34,053 nucleotides of DNA from Phoronis australis. Lineage: Eukaryota > Animalia > Phoronida. Below, piece by piece: positions 1 through 13,200 of the stretch (position 1 is its first letter; each line of letters starts with the position of its first letter). The stretch spans positions 356,831-390,883 of the forward strand of contig NMRA01000107.1 of NCBI GenBank assembly GCA_002633005.1, read 5' to 3'. Under the pieces are notes generated by a model, which saw only the letters and a program-made list of their open reading frames with translations, did no database searches and was not told the DNA's origin. Made by a program: the position numbers and the translations under genes.

Positions 1-332
1 GCATCTAAACTACATCCTGTCCAAATTTCATGTTTGTATTTGAGAGTATAGTGCTCTTTTGGATAGGAGGAACAAGAGGTACTTTTTCGAAAGTTGATCG
101 CACGGCGGAAAATCGTGCGCTAAAAAAAGCTTACAGAAAATGATTTATCAGCGATAATTTGAGACAAAAAGATTACAAACTTATAAATAAAGACTAAGGT
201 AACGATTTATAACACAAAATTATCTTATAGTTAACTTTGAAGTCTGAAATCGGGTAATTTACCGATGTGGGTTTTACACGGAGGCAGATATGGGGCACCG
301 TGACCTACTTTTTGATTGTCCTCCCTACTGTA
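1..332. mobile_element. Probable right end of a non-autonomous Tc1/mariner-type DNA transposon, truncated by the window edge
   Basis: The segment ends ...TGTCCTCCCTACTG followed by TA (331-332). On the - strand this reads TA|CAGTAGGG..., a Tc1-like CAGT terminus beside a TA target. The partner TIR is not in the window. Confidence 0.35.
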
Positions 333-1039
333 GGTTTTCCATGGAGTCACTCTTTAAATTTTAATCATTAATGGGGACTTTGGGGCCTGATGAGGATGAC
401 TTTGTACAGAAAACGAGAAATCTAAGTAAAATTACACTGTGTTGTAAATAATAACTTGGCAGCGCAACCGTTGGCGGAAATCCTAAACCACATGTTTACG
501 AAAAGACCACGTATCACATGACTGTTGACTATTGTTCACACACATCACACAGTTGACGAGTCGTTCAACAGGTACTTCCCAACACAAGAAAGTGACTTTC
601 CTACCATATTTTAAGCAACACAACCAAAAATACCAGTAACGTCAACAGATTAGCTATGAATTTAACTTCTAACTCGCAAAATCAACAATATAATGAGAGT
701 ATACTAACGGGACAAAGCAGCTCCTTCAACCACAAGTCGACATTTTCACTAGCAAACTTTGTGGCACGGGTCGGAGCAGCACTTTCAGCTCAGTGTGATT
801 GGCTAAAAATAACACACAATAATTGTGTCATGTGTCAAAGTTCAAGGAGTAAAGGTTGACTACCAAATATGTTCATAAGAGGGCGCATTGAAAAGGGCAA
901 GGTTTTTTCAAAATATCATTTTTCTGTATTTTCTAATTGAGCGTCTTTGCAAAAATACTGATTCCATCACACTGACGATTTTTAAGCCTTAGTTGGACCT
1001 TGGCTGGGAAATATTGTATGTAAATAATAATCAAAATCG

Positions 1040-1075
1040 ACCATGCGCATGACCGTTAAGCGAGCACTTCCGATT
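1040..1075 (+). promoter_or_regulatory. Candidate housekeeping-type promoter of TMEM38
   Basis: The palindrome CATGCGCATG (1042-1051, NRF1-like) and ACTTCCG (1066-1072, ETS-like) lie 55-85 nt upstream of the TMEM38 ATG. Motif match only. Confidence 0.4.
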
Positions 1076-1125
1076 GAGGTGGAGAGTGGAATTTCAAGTG
1101 GGGTATCTGAGGACTTTCCCGCAAT

Positions 1126-1249
1126 ATGGATCCCCAAACCTTCATGGGTATAGCTACAACTGTGACGAAGCTACGAATGTGGCCTTATTTCGATGTTGCG
1201 CATTTCGTATTGATGTGTTTAGCCGTCCGAGACGATGTTCAACAGTCCG
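1126..1249 (+). CDS. TMEM38: TMEM38 exon 1 (MDPQTFMGIATTVTKLRMWPYFDVAHFVLMCLAVRDDVQQS-G)
   Basis: ATG at 1126, TRIC N-terminal motif, donor G|GTAGGT at 1250, phase 1. Confidence 0.93.
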
Positions 1250-4200
1250 GTAGGTTAGCCGGGTTTTGGTTAGGTTAGGTGTTAGGTCTGTGTCGGTTAA
1301 CGGCGTTTAGCTGCTAAACTTTCAGCCTACAGGTTGCTAGTAGATGGTCCATGGCAGCTTATTTCGATGTTTTAGAACATACCTTTATTATAAACCATAA
1401 GTTAAAATGGTATATAGCGTATGCCATTACATTGCTGCGTAGAACTTACGGAAGGCTGGCGAGGTTCGCAATCTTCAAGAATCTTGCCTTTGCGGCTTTG
1501 CGGTGACGCGTGTGCTGATTGCTTTGATTGGCTGATGCTTGACCTTCCGGGGGTCATTCATTGTCTGACCATGATGGAAGAGGTATCTAAGATTGAAGTA
1601 AGTTAACGTCCATAACCGGCATAACCTTGGGAGTGATTGCATTAGTAACGCATCATAGTTGTGATTCGGCAGAGGAGACGGTGTGGCTCAGAGTTGTGAA
1701 CTCAGGACTCCCATTTGAAAGACCCGGGTTCGAATCCTGGCTTTATTTGCAGGCAATCAAGCATTGCACAAACGTCTCTCCTACTCGGCCTTACTAATGA
1801 ATATATGTAAACGAATGAATGAGAACCTGGATATAATGCGAAACCGATTTCTGGGGCTGAACTCGTATTTAAAAAAAAATTCGGCAGAACTTAATAGTGC
1901 TCGAAACTTGGCTGCCATGGTCGGCTTTGGTCGCTCTTCTCGAACCTGGACAAAATGACATTATTGACAAATGAAGAGACATATGAGAAAGAAATCTTGA
2001 TTCTGGAAGTATTTGTGTGAATTGAAAAAATTTAAAGACGTCGAAGCCACCAAAGGTACTAGTATCCATTGTTCTCAAAAGGTACATATAACATGACTAC
2101 CGTATAATGGTTTTGCCATTGTGAGGCAAAACGCGCCGAAAAACATCAGGCTTATGGCGGCCCTTTGGATTGGACACTTTCTGAGGTAGCTTTGCTGTCC
2201 CAGTTCAGATGGTAGTACTATCTAATCCTGTCAAGCTTGTATACAAGAAGATTCTCTGCACATTACACATAACCCTGGGTGAACTAGTTAGCTACTAAAG
2301 TAATATTACTGTGTACCTTTTCAGTGTATATGGACACCTTTGGAGGCAGGTGGAGCAGCTGAGTTGGGAGTTTTTTTGTTTAAATCGTTCTAACTCAAGC
2401 AAATAGTCCTTCGTTCCAGCAACGAAATTAAAAACCATTGCAGTCCATGTGTTTGAGATCAAAGTGAAAAGTAGAAGTTAATGGGGAGGTCAATCATCCA
2501 TCAGCTACGCTGAGAGGAGGTAGCACAGACTAGGGACCTGTCTTTTATCTATCCAGAACGAAATCTGCCGAAATTGCCTTGATGCTTTCAATCTCGCCAG
2601 CGCGGGACGTGCCTGTTGGTTGCGAGCTACCTCATGATTGGCTGTTGCCCGACTTTCAATTGAGACTATTCATCTAGTGCAATATTTGAATACGAATGAT
2701 CCCAATCGAAGGTCAGGCTGTAGCAGAGTTTCATGAGACTTCCTGCAGATTCCAATCTGGATGGGTAGAAGACAGTTCATTTGCCTTTATTGCAGACATC
2801 CTGTATGTGCATATGTTCTTGAAAGATCGAGGAATGCTCCTGTGTCTGGGGTACTCGTAGGGTTGCAGACCCTCCTGTGCATTTTGCTAACTGATGATTA
2901 TCGTCAGCCATGACTTTTGAGTGATAGCAATTACAGAAAACCAGAAAGCCCAGCAAATTTAGATTTACCTGTAAATAAAGTTTATCCTTTTTGATGGTTT
3001 TTGAACTTCTTGTTGAAAGTCGTCTATTCTTCTGTCATTGTGAACATTATAATGTGGTTTTGCAAGCACCACCACCATATAGGAATATTTTGTCATGTCT
3101 CAGTGTGCTCTATATGAGGTATCAGAACATGACGCTTCATTGTGGGTTTCAAATAGGGATAACAATATTATTAGGTGCTGTCACACCGTAAAAATTTCAA
3201 GGAAAATAATTGAGTAGGTACTACTAACATTAAAAAATCGTCATAATCGAATCACTTCATGTTGAGATGAGTGAAAAACATTGATTGATAAGTAAATTCA
3301 AAGTGGCTGACCGGGCTAATCTCGGCTTATTTCAGCGAACATCAGCATTTTTCCTGTCATAGGTTAGTATTGTTATGGTGTTCATTACAAAACTTTCGAC
3401 ATGTTGCCATTGAAAATGATACAGTAATTAATGTTTGTAAAAAAATACACAATCCCACTACAGGTTCATGCAAGATGAAGACAAAAAACCAATGGAAGTG
3501 AAGTATGGAGATTTTTACAAAGTGCACTTTTTGTGACTGCATATAACATCAAAACTTAGGCCTAGGTCAAAATGCTGGTGTTTTGAACAATGAAACAGGC
3601 GTCAACATTGTCAGATTTTTTAACACTGTAACTTCATGTATATGAATCAGTTTTAATCCAGTCCCATAGAAAAAGTGACTCAGATATGTAATATAACAGT
3701 GTGGCATTAGGGGACCAAATTACAGTGGTCTTCTGTTGTCCAGCAGTGCTTCTTTTACAGATGTTACAAGGTTGATTTGATCCAATGTTTATGACTTTAC
3801 AGCTGATAAGGAATAGTAGATAAAGATTTCTATTCAGTTTAAATTGATGTAGGACTGCTATAATGGTCAATTGGGCTCACTCACCTGTCATACTGTGGTA
3901 TTCTGTTTGTACTGCTGGTCATGAAGTGGAAAAGCTGGTCATTTTGTCTGTTATCTTTTGGCTTGCACTGTATCTATGTTGGAATTACCATAGTCAATGT
4001 GCTTTGGTTACCTGATGGACATCATGTCAGCTGGAATCAATGCAAGACATTTGTTGCTGCAATTGACCACCATTACCAGGAAACTGTTTTGTATGTTAGC
4101 TTTATATTAGCTTGGAGTTAACCCAAATATTTATTCTGTTATTCTTAGAACATGATAGTTACAAACTGTTTGTCTTGAGCAAGTCTTGAATTTTTTTAAA

Positions 4201-7200
4201 CAAGACAAGTTGAGCAAGCAAAGATGAAATTTAATTCTTTTTATCGCTGGATATTTAAATTTTACAGCGTTTTCTTTCTGCTGTTTGAATATCAACAATG
4301 AAAAGCTGATGACATGATCTCCACACATTCAAGGGAATTTTCATCTGATTTAATTTAAAATGGCATTGAACCCGTGCTTTGTCAAAAACATCAAGTTTTG
4401 ATTTTGGCCTCTTTTCCTTTTTGGAATTGGCCTTGTCTTGTTCCTGACTCTGGGTGATATCTGGGCTCAGTTTGTTATTTGTACAGACAAATCTCTTAAA
4501 ATTTCTGGTTACGCCTTGACCTGAACTTTAACGATATTGGTGTGAAGAAGTAACGAACTGTCAGTTGTTTCAGAGCCCTGAATTCACCTCTAATTTGACT
4601 ACTGGTAAGGAAAATCTCAAGAGTCAATGGTCCAAATTAAAATTGTTCTGTGGTGGAAGGCATGTATATAGCCGCTTTAGTTACACAATTTGAGCATTGT
4701 GCATTGAATGTTCCATGTTTGCCATTACAAGTGTTTGTTCATCATCATGGTTGTTGCTGTTAACGTCATCAGTCTTATTGTCATAGTTATCGTCATTCTA
4801 ATTATCATCATCATCATTGACGCCCTCACTGCTCTCGTCACTGCTGTACTGCTAGTCCATTGTCAAGTTTCAAGGCTGCTAAGTGTTCATGTATCTCGTT
4901 TTTTACATAGCGAAGTGGTAATTACAATGGACTGTAGTTCTCAGATTCGGGCAGAAATTATGGAAAATTCAGGCAGCGGAACATCCAATAGAAAAATATG
5001 GCAAGACATTGTGGACAGGACAGGAAGGTCGAATTGATGCCAACTGGCAACTGATGTTGAAATTCCTAGTTCTATATTTGGGCAAAGCTATGTCATATGC
5101 CCCTCAGAATACTCAAGTCCAGACACGTCTGTGCGTGTGGAGAAATGGTGGGGGGAAGACCCATCGCTTGAAATTATGAGTATGTCATTTTAACTAGTTT
5201 CCACGATGGCCAGTTTGTGATCTGCCTGGACATAATGTGGGTAAGGTGCGGGTATGTTCCTCAAAGGTGTGATTCCAGTACTTTTCAGCTCTGATGAATG
5301 ATTCCAGATAGGTCTAAAGTTTCAAACAGTTCACAACTAACCAAGGATTCTGAAAGGTGGCTTATGTGCACAGAAATAGAATGGACCATAAACGTCTTTT
5401 CATACTACCAAAACAGCCTGCAAAAATTTATTTCCAGTGCTCAAGATGTATTGCTAAGTGGAAGAGGAGAGTAATTGTTTGTGGACTGTAGCCAAAGCAG
5501 ATGTTTGAGATAAAAAATTTTGAAGTTCTGACATCCCAAACCTCGTGTTTTGTAGTCCGAATGAACCAAAGCGATTCATGAATTTTGCTACCTAATGTTT
5601 ATACATATATACTTCGATCAAAAATCCTATTATTTCTTAATTGTTTTGCTCATGAGTGTCCTTGTTTAAATTATAGATGCGATTAGTTTTAAACACTCTA
5701 TAGTTAAATGGGCTTTATGCTATGCTAGGAGCGGCCTTACTAGCAGGGAACAGACTCATGTACGCATGCAAGCAGCAAGCCAGGTTTATCAACTGGAGGG
5801 GGTGATAATTATAGACGCCTGTGCCAAAGTCACCAATGAATGATCAATTCTCTGCTATTTATAGCTAGCTTGCCTGGCTGTCTGGACAGGATTATCATGA
5901 CTAGGAGCACTTCCTTATACCACCATACTTGGCACCAATATTGGGCTAGGGGAAATGAACTACTGTATGAAAAGCTGTTTTTCAATGCAGCAGTGGCATT
6001 TATAATGTTGAATACGTATATATACACCTTGTTGCAAGATGGTTTTAGTATAGTTTGTAGGCCCATTACTCTTGTATGGAGGTGTAATGCAATGAGATTT
6101 CGCATTTTTTTTAAAAGTCCATGCGCCGCCATTATGTAGTCAAGTTACCTAATACTGTTTGTAGTTTAAAAGAAGAATAATTAAGATCAATTCTGTATTT
6201 GTAAGTGGTCTCAATCAAATGTTAATTTTGACAATAAGTGGGGTCTTTGCCACAATGTATGGGAAACTGCCATGTTTCTGAAATGACAATTCCCTTCATT
6301 GTGAACTCAGGTAATCCAATTTTGTGTGATAAGCTATCTTAGCCAGCTTGCCTGATCAGTTATGGATTACTGTATTGTAACACAGGATCAGATTATGAAT
6401 TAGGACTTGATGTTTAGCAGTTCATTGTGTCATTATTGAGCAGCATATTAAACACAATATCACTTTTTAGTTGGTTTTGCATACAATGTTTTACAAAATT
6501 AGATTATTACTTCAATTTGATTATGTATTCACCTGTTCAGTTTTGAGTTTAGATCCTGAAAGATATGATATGCATGAGTCATTTTGTGGAATTACGCTGG
6601 ATTAAGATTAAGATAATTTCCCTTGATAATCAAGTTGATGGTGTGATGTGTGACTGTGTTAAGTGTTCATGTATGCTGCACCCTTGTTTTGACCAGGTAT
6701 GGTTGTGGTCTTCTGTTGAAGGAACCTTTTACATTGCAAGTACATAACTTTCAGACTGTTCTTTCCACATATATTTAGCCTCATTTTTAAAAACTTTTGC
6801 AGATTTCATGGAACTGTTTGTCGGTTTTGATGAGGCAATGAAGACTGGTTTTAGTCTTCCCCTTGATCTGTTTTGATTCACCGTAGTTCTATATTTGAAT
6901 TTTGCTGTGACAAGTTTGGCTTATTACATACTCGAGTTAGAAAATCAGTGCAAGGAGTTTTTACCCGGTGAAGAATAGTGTATGCTGTTTGGCATAAGTT
7001 TGCTGTTCTTATCCACTGAGCTTTTTGTACTATGGGAGTAAATAGTTTGACTTAAGTTCACTGTACAGATTCCACTGAGCAGTGTAGCTTTCCATATTGT
7101 GGATTTGAATTAATTTTTGTTGTTGAGTATACTTATAGGTATGAATTCATTTTTGGCTCCAGAGGCAGGTTCACCAAGTCTAACTCGCACTGCTTTGGCT

Positions 7201-10200
7201 TGGAGTTTGATTGCGTATCTGGTCTGCAGCTTCTCTTTGCGTGTTTCAAACTGTCAGCTACTTACCGAAACACTGAGACTAGTTTCTCTGACAAATTTCT
7301 CCAACTGGTGTTTGCACTCTTCAACGTAAACCATACCTTAGTTGGGCAGAGAAAAACAGATGCATCTTGAATTTGCACAAAAATAGAACGTAAAATGTCA
7401 AAAATTATTTTAGCAAAAAGGTTAGAACCCAAGCTCTGAAGTCAGTTTACAAACTCTAGCTCAAACTCAATTCAAATTAAAGTGACAGTAGACAGGTCCC
7501 CTCTATCAAAAACTAAATTTTAATTTAGTCCACTTGCTGAAAATTATAAAACTGTGTTGTAGCGTTCCTTCTAGGTTTGTGAAGAACAGAGAGGTCACTT
7601 TTGCTTGAGACCAGTTTCAGTATCTTACTTGTTACTGTGGGCTCCATAAGATTTTTTGTAAGCAGTTTCAGTGCTAACAAAGGATATGAGCTTGACATTA
7701 TTGCTCGTGAAGAAAGTTATTTTTTAACACCATAGCTTTAATATAGAGCCATGAAGTGTCAACTCGAATTACGAGTTATCTATGTTTAAATCAAAATGTT
7801 CTCTTGTACTGAAACAAATGAACTTATCTAAAGTCCAAGATGGTGTTAAACGAAATTGGAGTTCTCTTTTTGTTCTGAAATTGAATTTTAGGATTCTTTC
7901 TTTATCTTTATTACACTTCATACTTGAAGTCGATTATTCCGAAGTGGTTCTCATTCATTCCCTTGCATACATTCATTCACCCACCAGTAAGACCAAGCTC
8001 AGAGGAGTAGGAAACATTTTTGTGCAATGCTCGATTGTCTGCCAGTAAAGCTAGGATTTGAACGGGAGTTCGGAGCTCCAACCACTGAGCCACACTGTGG
8101 TTCAGGTGTGACCACAAAGATTTCACCATTTTGCTGGTACTTGGAGCATTTTGTGCTTGTTTTTGTGAAAGGGTATAGTTGGACTAGTTAGTTGGTGTTG
8201 TCTGGTTTATTCTGGTGCAGGATCAACATAGGTGTTGCCAATTATGGAACACATGTCTGTCTAAGCCAAGCTAAACTGTTGCTCAGTGTGATCCATGTCA
8301 GAGNAGTCAAATACTCGTAGAGGCCGCATTTTTCGACCTACATGGCTGAAAATCGGTACGAATATACTAGAGCGCATGTGCTACAATTGTGCAGAAAATC
8401 GTTGACTTCCGGTCAAATATGGCGGAAATATTGGACGTGGCGCATGCGCACCCCGAAATATGGCTAAAAACGTTTTCTCCTGTAGAGGGCGCAATTGCAA
8501 ACCAATCACTTTCAAACTGGTCACGTGTTTGTTGAGTTTAATAAGCTTTTATAAAAATTATTGAACCGGAAGTCACTTTCAAGATGGCGGCTATGGCGCA
8601 TGTTCACACGGTTTCAATCGCTCTGGTGTCGCATTTTTAACGGGAAGAGTAAATGACGTGAATTTTTGCATGTGGATTCCTTGAAGTATGGCCTTTCAAA
8701 AAGTCTACGAGAGCGTATTTCTCAGTCTTACCGTTTTCGAGTTATTTGACTTTGAATTTCAAAAAAAAAACGGCAAATTTTCAATTTTCTCGAAAATTTT
8801 TTGGATTTTTGCCAAACTACCACATTAGATAGAAGTTTGAACGGGCTTTCAGAAGATATTTTCCATTTTGCGCTACGACGTCTACTTTTTGAATTGTTCG
8901 AGATTTTCGGATACCGTTGTTCCTTCGGTCACCTATATGCAAGCACGCAGCTGGCTGGCTTTCAGTTCACTTTGTTTTGATTATGCCTAGTTGACCCAGA
9001 CTGACCCAGCCAGCACTGTTCCAGTGTGGACTGGACCGTCATGTTGCGCCATCTATTGTTCTTTATTGTAGTTGATTTTATGCTCTATTTGATTTCTTCG
9101 CTAGTCACATGAATGCTAACGTGTTTGCCAATCTACCATTTTAGATAGAGTTTTGAACAGGCTTTCAGAAGATAATTTCCATTTTGCGCTAAGACGTCTA
9201 CTTTTTGAATTATTCGAGATTTTCGGATACCATTGTTCCTTCGGTCACGTATGCACGCAGCTGGCTGGCTTTCAGTTAACTTTGTTTTGGTTATGCCTAG
9301 TTGACCCAGACTGACCCAGCCAGCAGTGTCCTACTGTGGCATAGCTCTCTGTAGACTGTACAATTCCAGGCCAAATACTTATTGTAAACATAACTTTGCT
9401 TTGCAGACTGTCACATAGCATCACCTATTTTAGAATGTGGGAACAGACATGACTCATCCGTCATGATGCGCCATCTATTGTTCTTTATTGTAGTTGATTG
9501 TATGCTCTCTATTTGATTTCTTCGCTAGTCACATGAATGTTATCGTGTTATTCATAATTGCCGCCTTGATCGTCTTGATTGTCGTTGTCTTCCCCATGGT
9601 CGTCTTTTCGATTAATTCCGCCAAGTGTCGCTCCTCCGAGCGCTCTCGTTTTATTGTTCGCTCTCTACAGGTCGCAATTTTCTTCCGATTTTCACGAAAT
9701 TTGCACACAACGTGTAGATCGGGAAGTACTGGAACGCTATTGTTTTTGGTCATGATCGGATACAAAATGGCGGACGTGGCGGCCATTTTGTATCCGATTT
9801 CACAGTCAAATACTCGTAGAGGCCGCATTTTTCGATGGCTGAAAATCGGTACGATTATACTAGAACGCATCTGCTACAAGTGTGCTGAAAATCGTTGACT
9901 TCCGGTCAAAGATGGCGGAAATATTGGAAGTGGCACATGCGCACCCCGAAATATGGCCAAAAACGTTTTCTCCTGTAGAGGGCGCATTTGCAAACCAATC
10001 ACTTTCAAACTGGTCACGTGTTTGTTGAGTTTAATAAGCTTTTATAAAAATTATTGAACCGGAAGTCACTTTCAAGATGGCAGCTGTGGCGCATGTTCAC
10101 ACGGTTTCAATCGTTCTGGTGTCGCATTTTTAACGGGAAGAGCAAATGACTTGAATTTTTGCATGTGGATTCCTTGAAGTATGGCCTTTCAAAAAGTCTC

Positions 10201-13200
10201 CAAGAGCGTATTTCTCAGACTTACCGTTTTCAAGTTATTTGACTTTTAATTTAAAAAAAACGACAAATTTTCAATTTTTTTGAAATTTTTTGGGATTTTT
10301 GCCAAACTACCACTTTTTTCAGAAGATATTTTCCATTTTGCGCTACGACGTCTACTTTTTGAATTATTCGAGATTTTCGGATACCGTTTTTCCTTCGGTC
10401 ACCTAGGCAAGCACGCAGCTGGCTGGCTTTCAGTTCACTTTGTTTTGGTTATGTCTGTACAAGTTAACAGAGAGTTGTGACCCTGACTGACCCAGCTAGC
10501 ACTGTTGTACTGTAGACTGGAATTCCAGGCCAAATACTTTTGTAAACATAACTTTGCTCTGCAGACTGTCACATAGTGCCACCTATTTTGGATTGTGGGA
10601 ACAAAGCATGGCTCGTCCGTCATGTTGCGCCATCTATTGTTCTTTATTGTAGTTCATTATATGCTCTCTTTTTGATTTCTTCGCTAGTCACATGACTGTT
10701 ATCGTGTTATTCATAATTGCCGCCTTCATCGTCATGATCGTCGTCGTCTTCCCCATCGTCGTCTTTTCGATTCCGCCAAGTGTCGCTCCTCCGAGCGCTC
10801 TCGTTGGTTCATTCATGTTTTTGATTTTCTCTGTCTTCTGTACAAAAGCTGTCCAATTAGAAATTGTTACCCTTGAGGAACTCTATGATAAAAGGTCCCC
10901 ACGAGCTGTTATCAGGTGATCACTGCAATGGCCTTGTGTAGTGTGCAAAACCCACTCTCGCTTACTGTTTACCGTCTTCAAAGTAGAAAAATAGTGAGAA
11001 AATACCAATATGCAAGAAATGTCTTCATACTTCCAAAAGCTCCCAATGAGAGAAGGCCATCTGTCCCATACCTAAGATATCCCTAAATGGTCTTTTGTTC
11101 ACTCAAGAGCGTTTCTGCCTTCTTTTGAATTTGAGGAGTGGAAAATGCTGTAGAGGCCCTTATAGCCATTGACAACAAACATGTTCTTTCAATGGACTGT
11201 GCTTGCTATCTGGGCAGTCAATTGATCAAGACTACACTTGCCTTTTCTTTTTGTCTGGACTTACTTTTTCGGATGGGCCAGCTAGCAGCATTGTGTTGTT
11301 AGCCTTGTGGTTGTTTTTGTGTACTGCATGGATTTTTCGTTGGGTGAGTGACCATCTTCCTCTAGAACTGGGAACGTCAGTCATGACTGCAGACTTCACT
11401 GTTGGGACATGACTAAATTGATGTAATAATTCAAGTTCTTGCTTTTTTCTTGTAATACATAATATGTGGTATGTTCACCTGTTAAATGGGAACCATGCTG
11501 AACTACATATATAACAACCTGCCAGCTGTGAACTGAAGGTTCATGCAGTTTTTCAGCCATCAGACCTGACCACGTTCTTGTCTTTGCTACCAAGCAACAA
11601 TTTTCCTTGGTCATCTTTTTGTGTTGAGTCCTTGTTAGTTCAGACAATGGACTGCTGTTAAGCTCCGCTCTGTATTAATCGGGCATTTTTAACAAAAATG
11701 ACAAAAATTGATAGTTAACTGTCACATAGGTTGTAAACACACAAGACATGTTTCTTCAGTAACAGATCTTTCAGTTTAACCATAGAAAAATATGGATTTA
11801 ATGAAAAAATGCATAGTTTAGCCAAATAACACTAACACTTCCATCGTTTGACATCAATTGTGTTTATTTTTGTTCGTGTTTTCGGCATATCTGTTCCGGG
11901 TCTTTGCTTATTTCTTTACAACCTGTACTCTGGTTTCCAAAACTTTTGTGTTTATCAGTCGCCAAAGATTTGAAGAACAATTACGTCCCTGGATTTTCCA
12001 GTTACTTCATTTCTTTAGTTATTTATCAACCGTCAAGGTTAGCAGTATTTTTGCCACTTCTGTTTTTAAATGATGAAGAATAAAGTTGCTAAAACTGAAG
12101 GCAATCATTCATTTAGCATGTATAATGCAACTGTTTTGAATATATCTAGACAATTTATACTCTGAAAATAATAGTTCTTTATAGCACTTTTTCAAAAAAT
12201 TTACAAAGTTATTTTTGATGTTCAAAAGTTTGTTTTATGTGAAAATGCCATTGATTGAAAGTGGAGAGAACTATAGAAACACGAAACAGATATTTAGGCT
12301 GTAAAAGACCATTGTATATAGAATTTCTTCTGGCCTACAGTTGTTAAGAGTTTTTTGTCACGGAACTTTACCTTGACTGTACTGGCAACTTTTGATAATG
12401 TGGACGGATTGCGTTGATCTCGTTAACAGAGTGCACTATCTGTTAATAGTGTTTATCTGTTTGCAGGATCTGTTGTGTTTGCCCGTAAGCACCCGTTTGC
12501 TTGCTATGTGTCGTGCATGATCATGTGCTTCGCGGGGGGTATGCTGTCCAACCTGCTGATTGGTGAATCCCCACTGTCTCCACTCAAGAATGAGAAGAGC
12601 GTTCTTCTCGCCTCCGCTGTCTGGTAAGCAGGGCATAATGTCAGTTTATATAAAAATTAAGAGACTTAAGGTCCAATTTGGCGAATACCATCTTGCAAAA
12701 AGCGACCTGGGATTGCTAGTGGGCGACTTCAGCACCAGCCTTACCAGTTGCTCAAGTTACCTAACACCATCCTGATCCAAGTTACTAGATTTTCTTCCTC
12801 TTTCTTTGTTTTCCAGCAAACTTGTTGACAATTTCAAACTTTTCACACAAATGTTGGCACCAAAATATAGGTTTTCAGACTTGATGGAATAATGTGACAT
12901 AAGTCAGTAATTCTAATACAGTCTCATGGTTTGTACAGTCTTGAAAAACCTTGATATTGTAGCCTTGGCCTTGAATAGTCCTTGAATTTAATTATGACTT
13001 TGAAAAGCAATTGTATTTCAGCTTTTAGTCGTGAAGATATTGGTAAGAGTTTACCAGTATTAAAAATGTATTACATTAAGTTTCCCAATTTGATTACGTC
13101 TGTTCAAAGATTTTTCCTAGTAGCGAACGATAGGTTTGGGTTCAGTAATGCGTAAAAGTTGTACTTATGTGGCGATCAAGTTTGTTTTCCATCGAGCGCG

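Noticed and set aside
1250-1288. Telomere-like TTAGG repeats after the exon 1 donor
   Set aside because: Only about four scattered units, too short to call an interstitial telomere.
1674-1745. tRNA gene
   Set aside because: A and B boxes are present, but I could not build a proper acceptor stem or cloverleaf, and it continues into a body shared with a dispersed copy. It is a SINE head.
2778-3895. Nested antisense gene (acceptor near 2968, ~63 open codons, strong donor CAG|GTGAGT near 3884)
   Set aside because: No consistent exon chain or homology. Such sites are expected by chance in an 11-kb intron.
5281-5360. C/D snoRNA or hammerhead ribozyme (CTGATGA...CTGA)
   Set aside because: No proper terminal stem or recognisable guide, and no stem II with a GAAA core. 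Other CTGANGA sites (388, 15699, 25370) also fail.
6950-7340. Degenerate coding-like stretch on the - strand (similar impression at 11020-11650)
   Set aside because: Interrupted by stops and no recognisable domain. A tBLASTx against TE proteins would be needed.
9494-9898. Overlapping 134-aa and 113-aa ORFs
   Set aside because: They lie within a repeat. The mirrored peptide (GYKMA..AILYP) comes from the DNA palindrome and the hydrophobic run from the GTC microsatellite.
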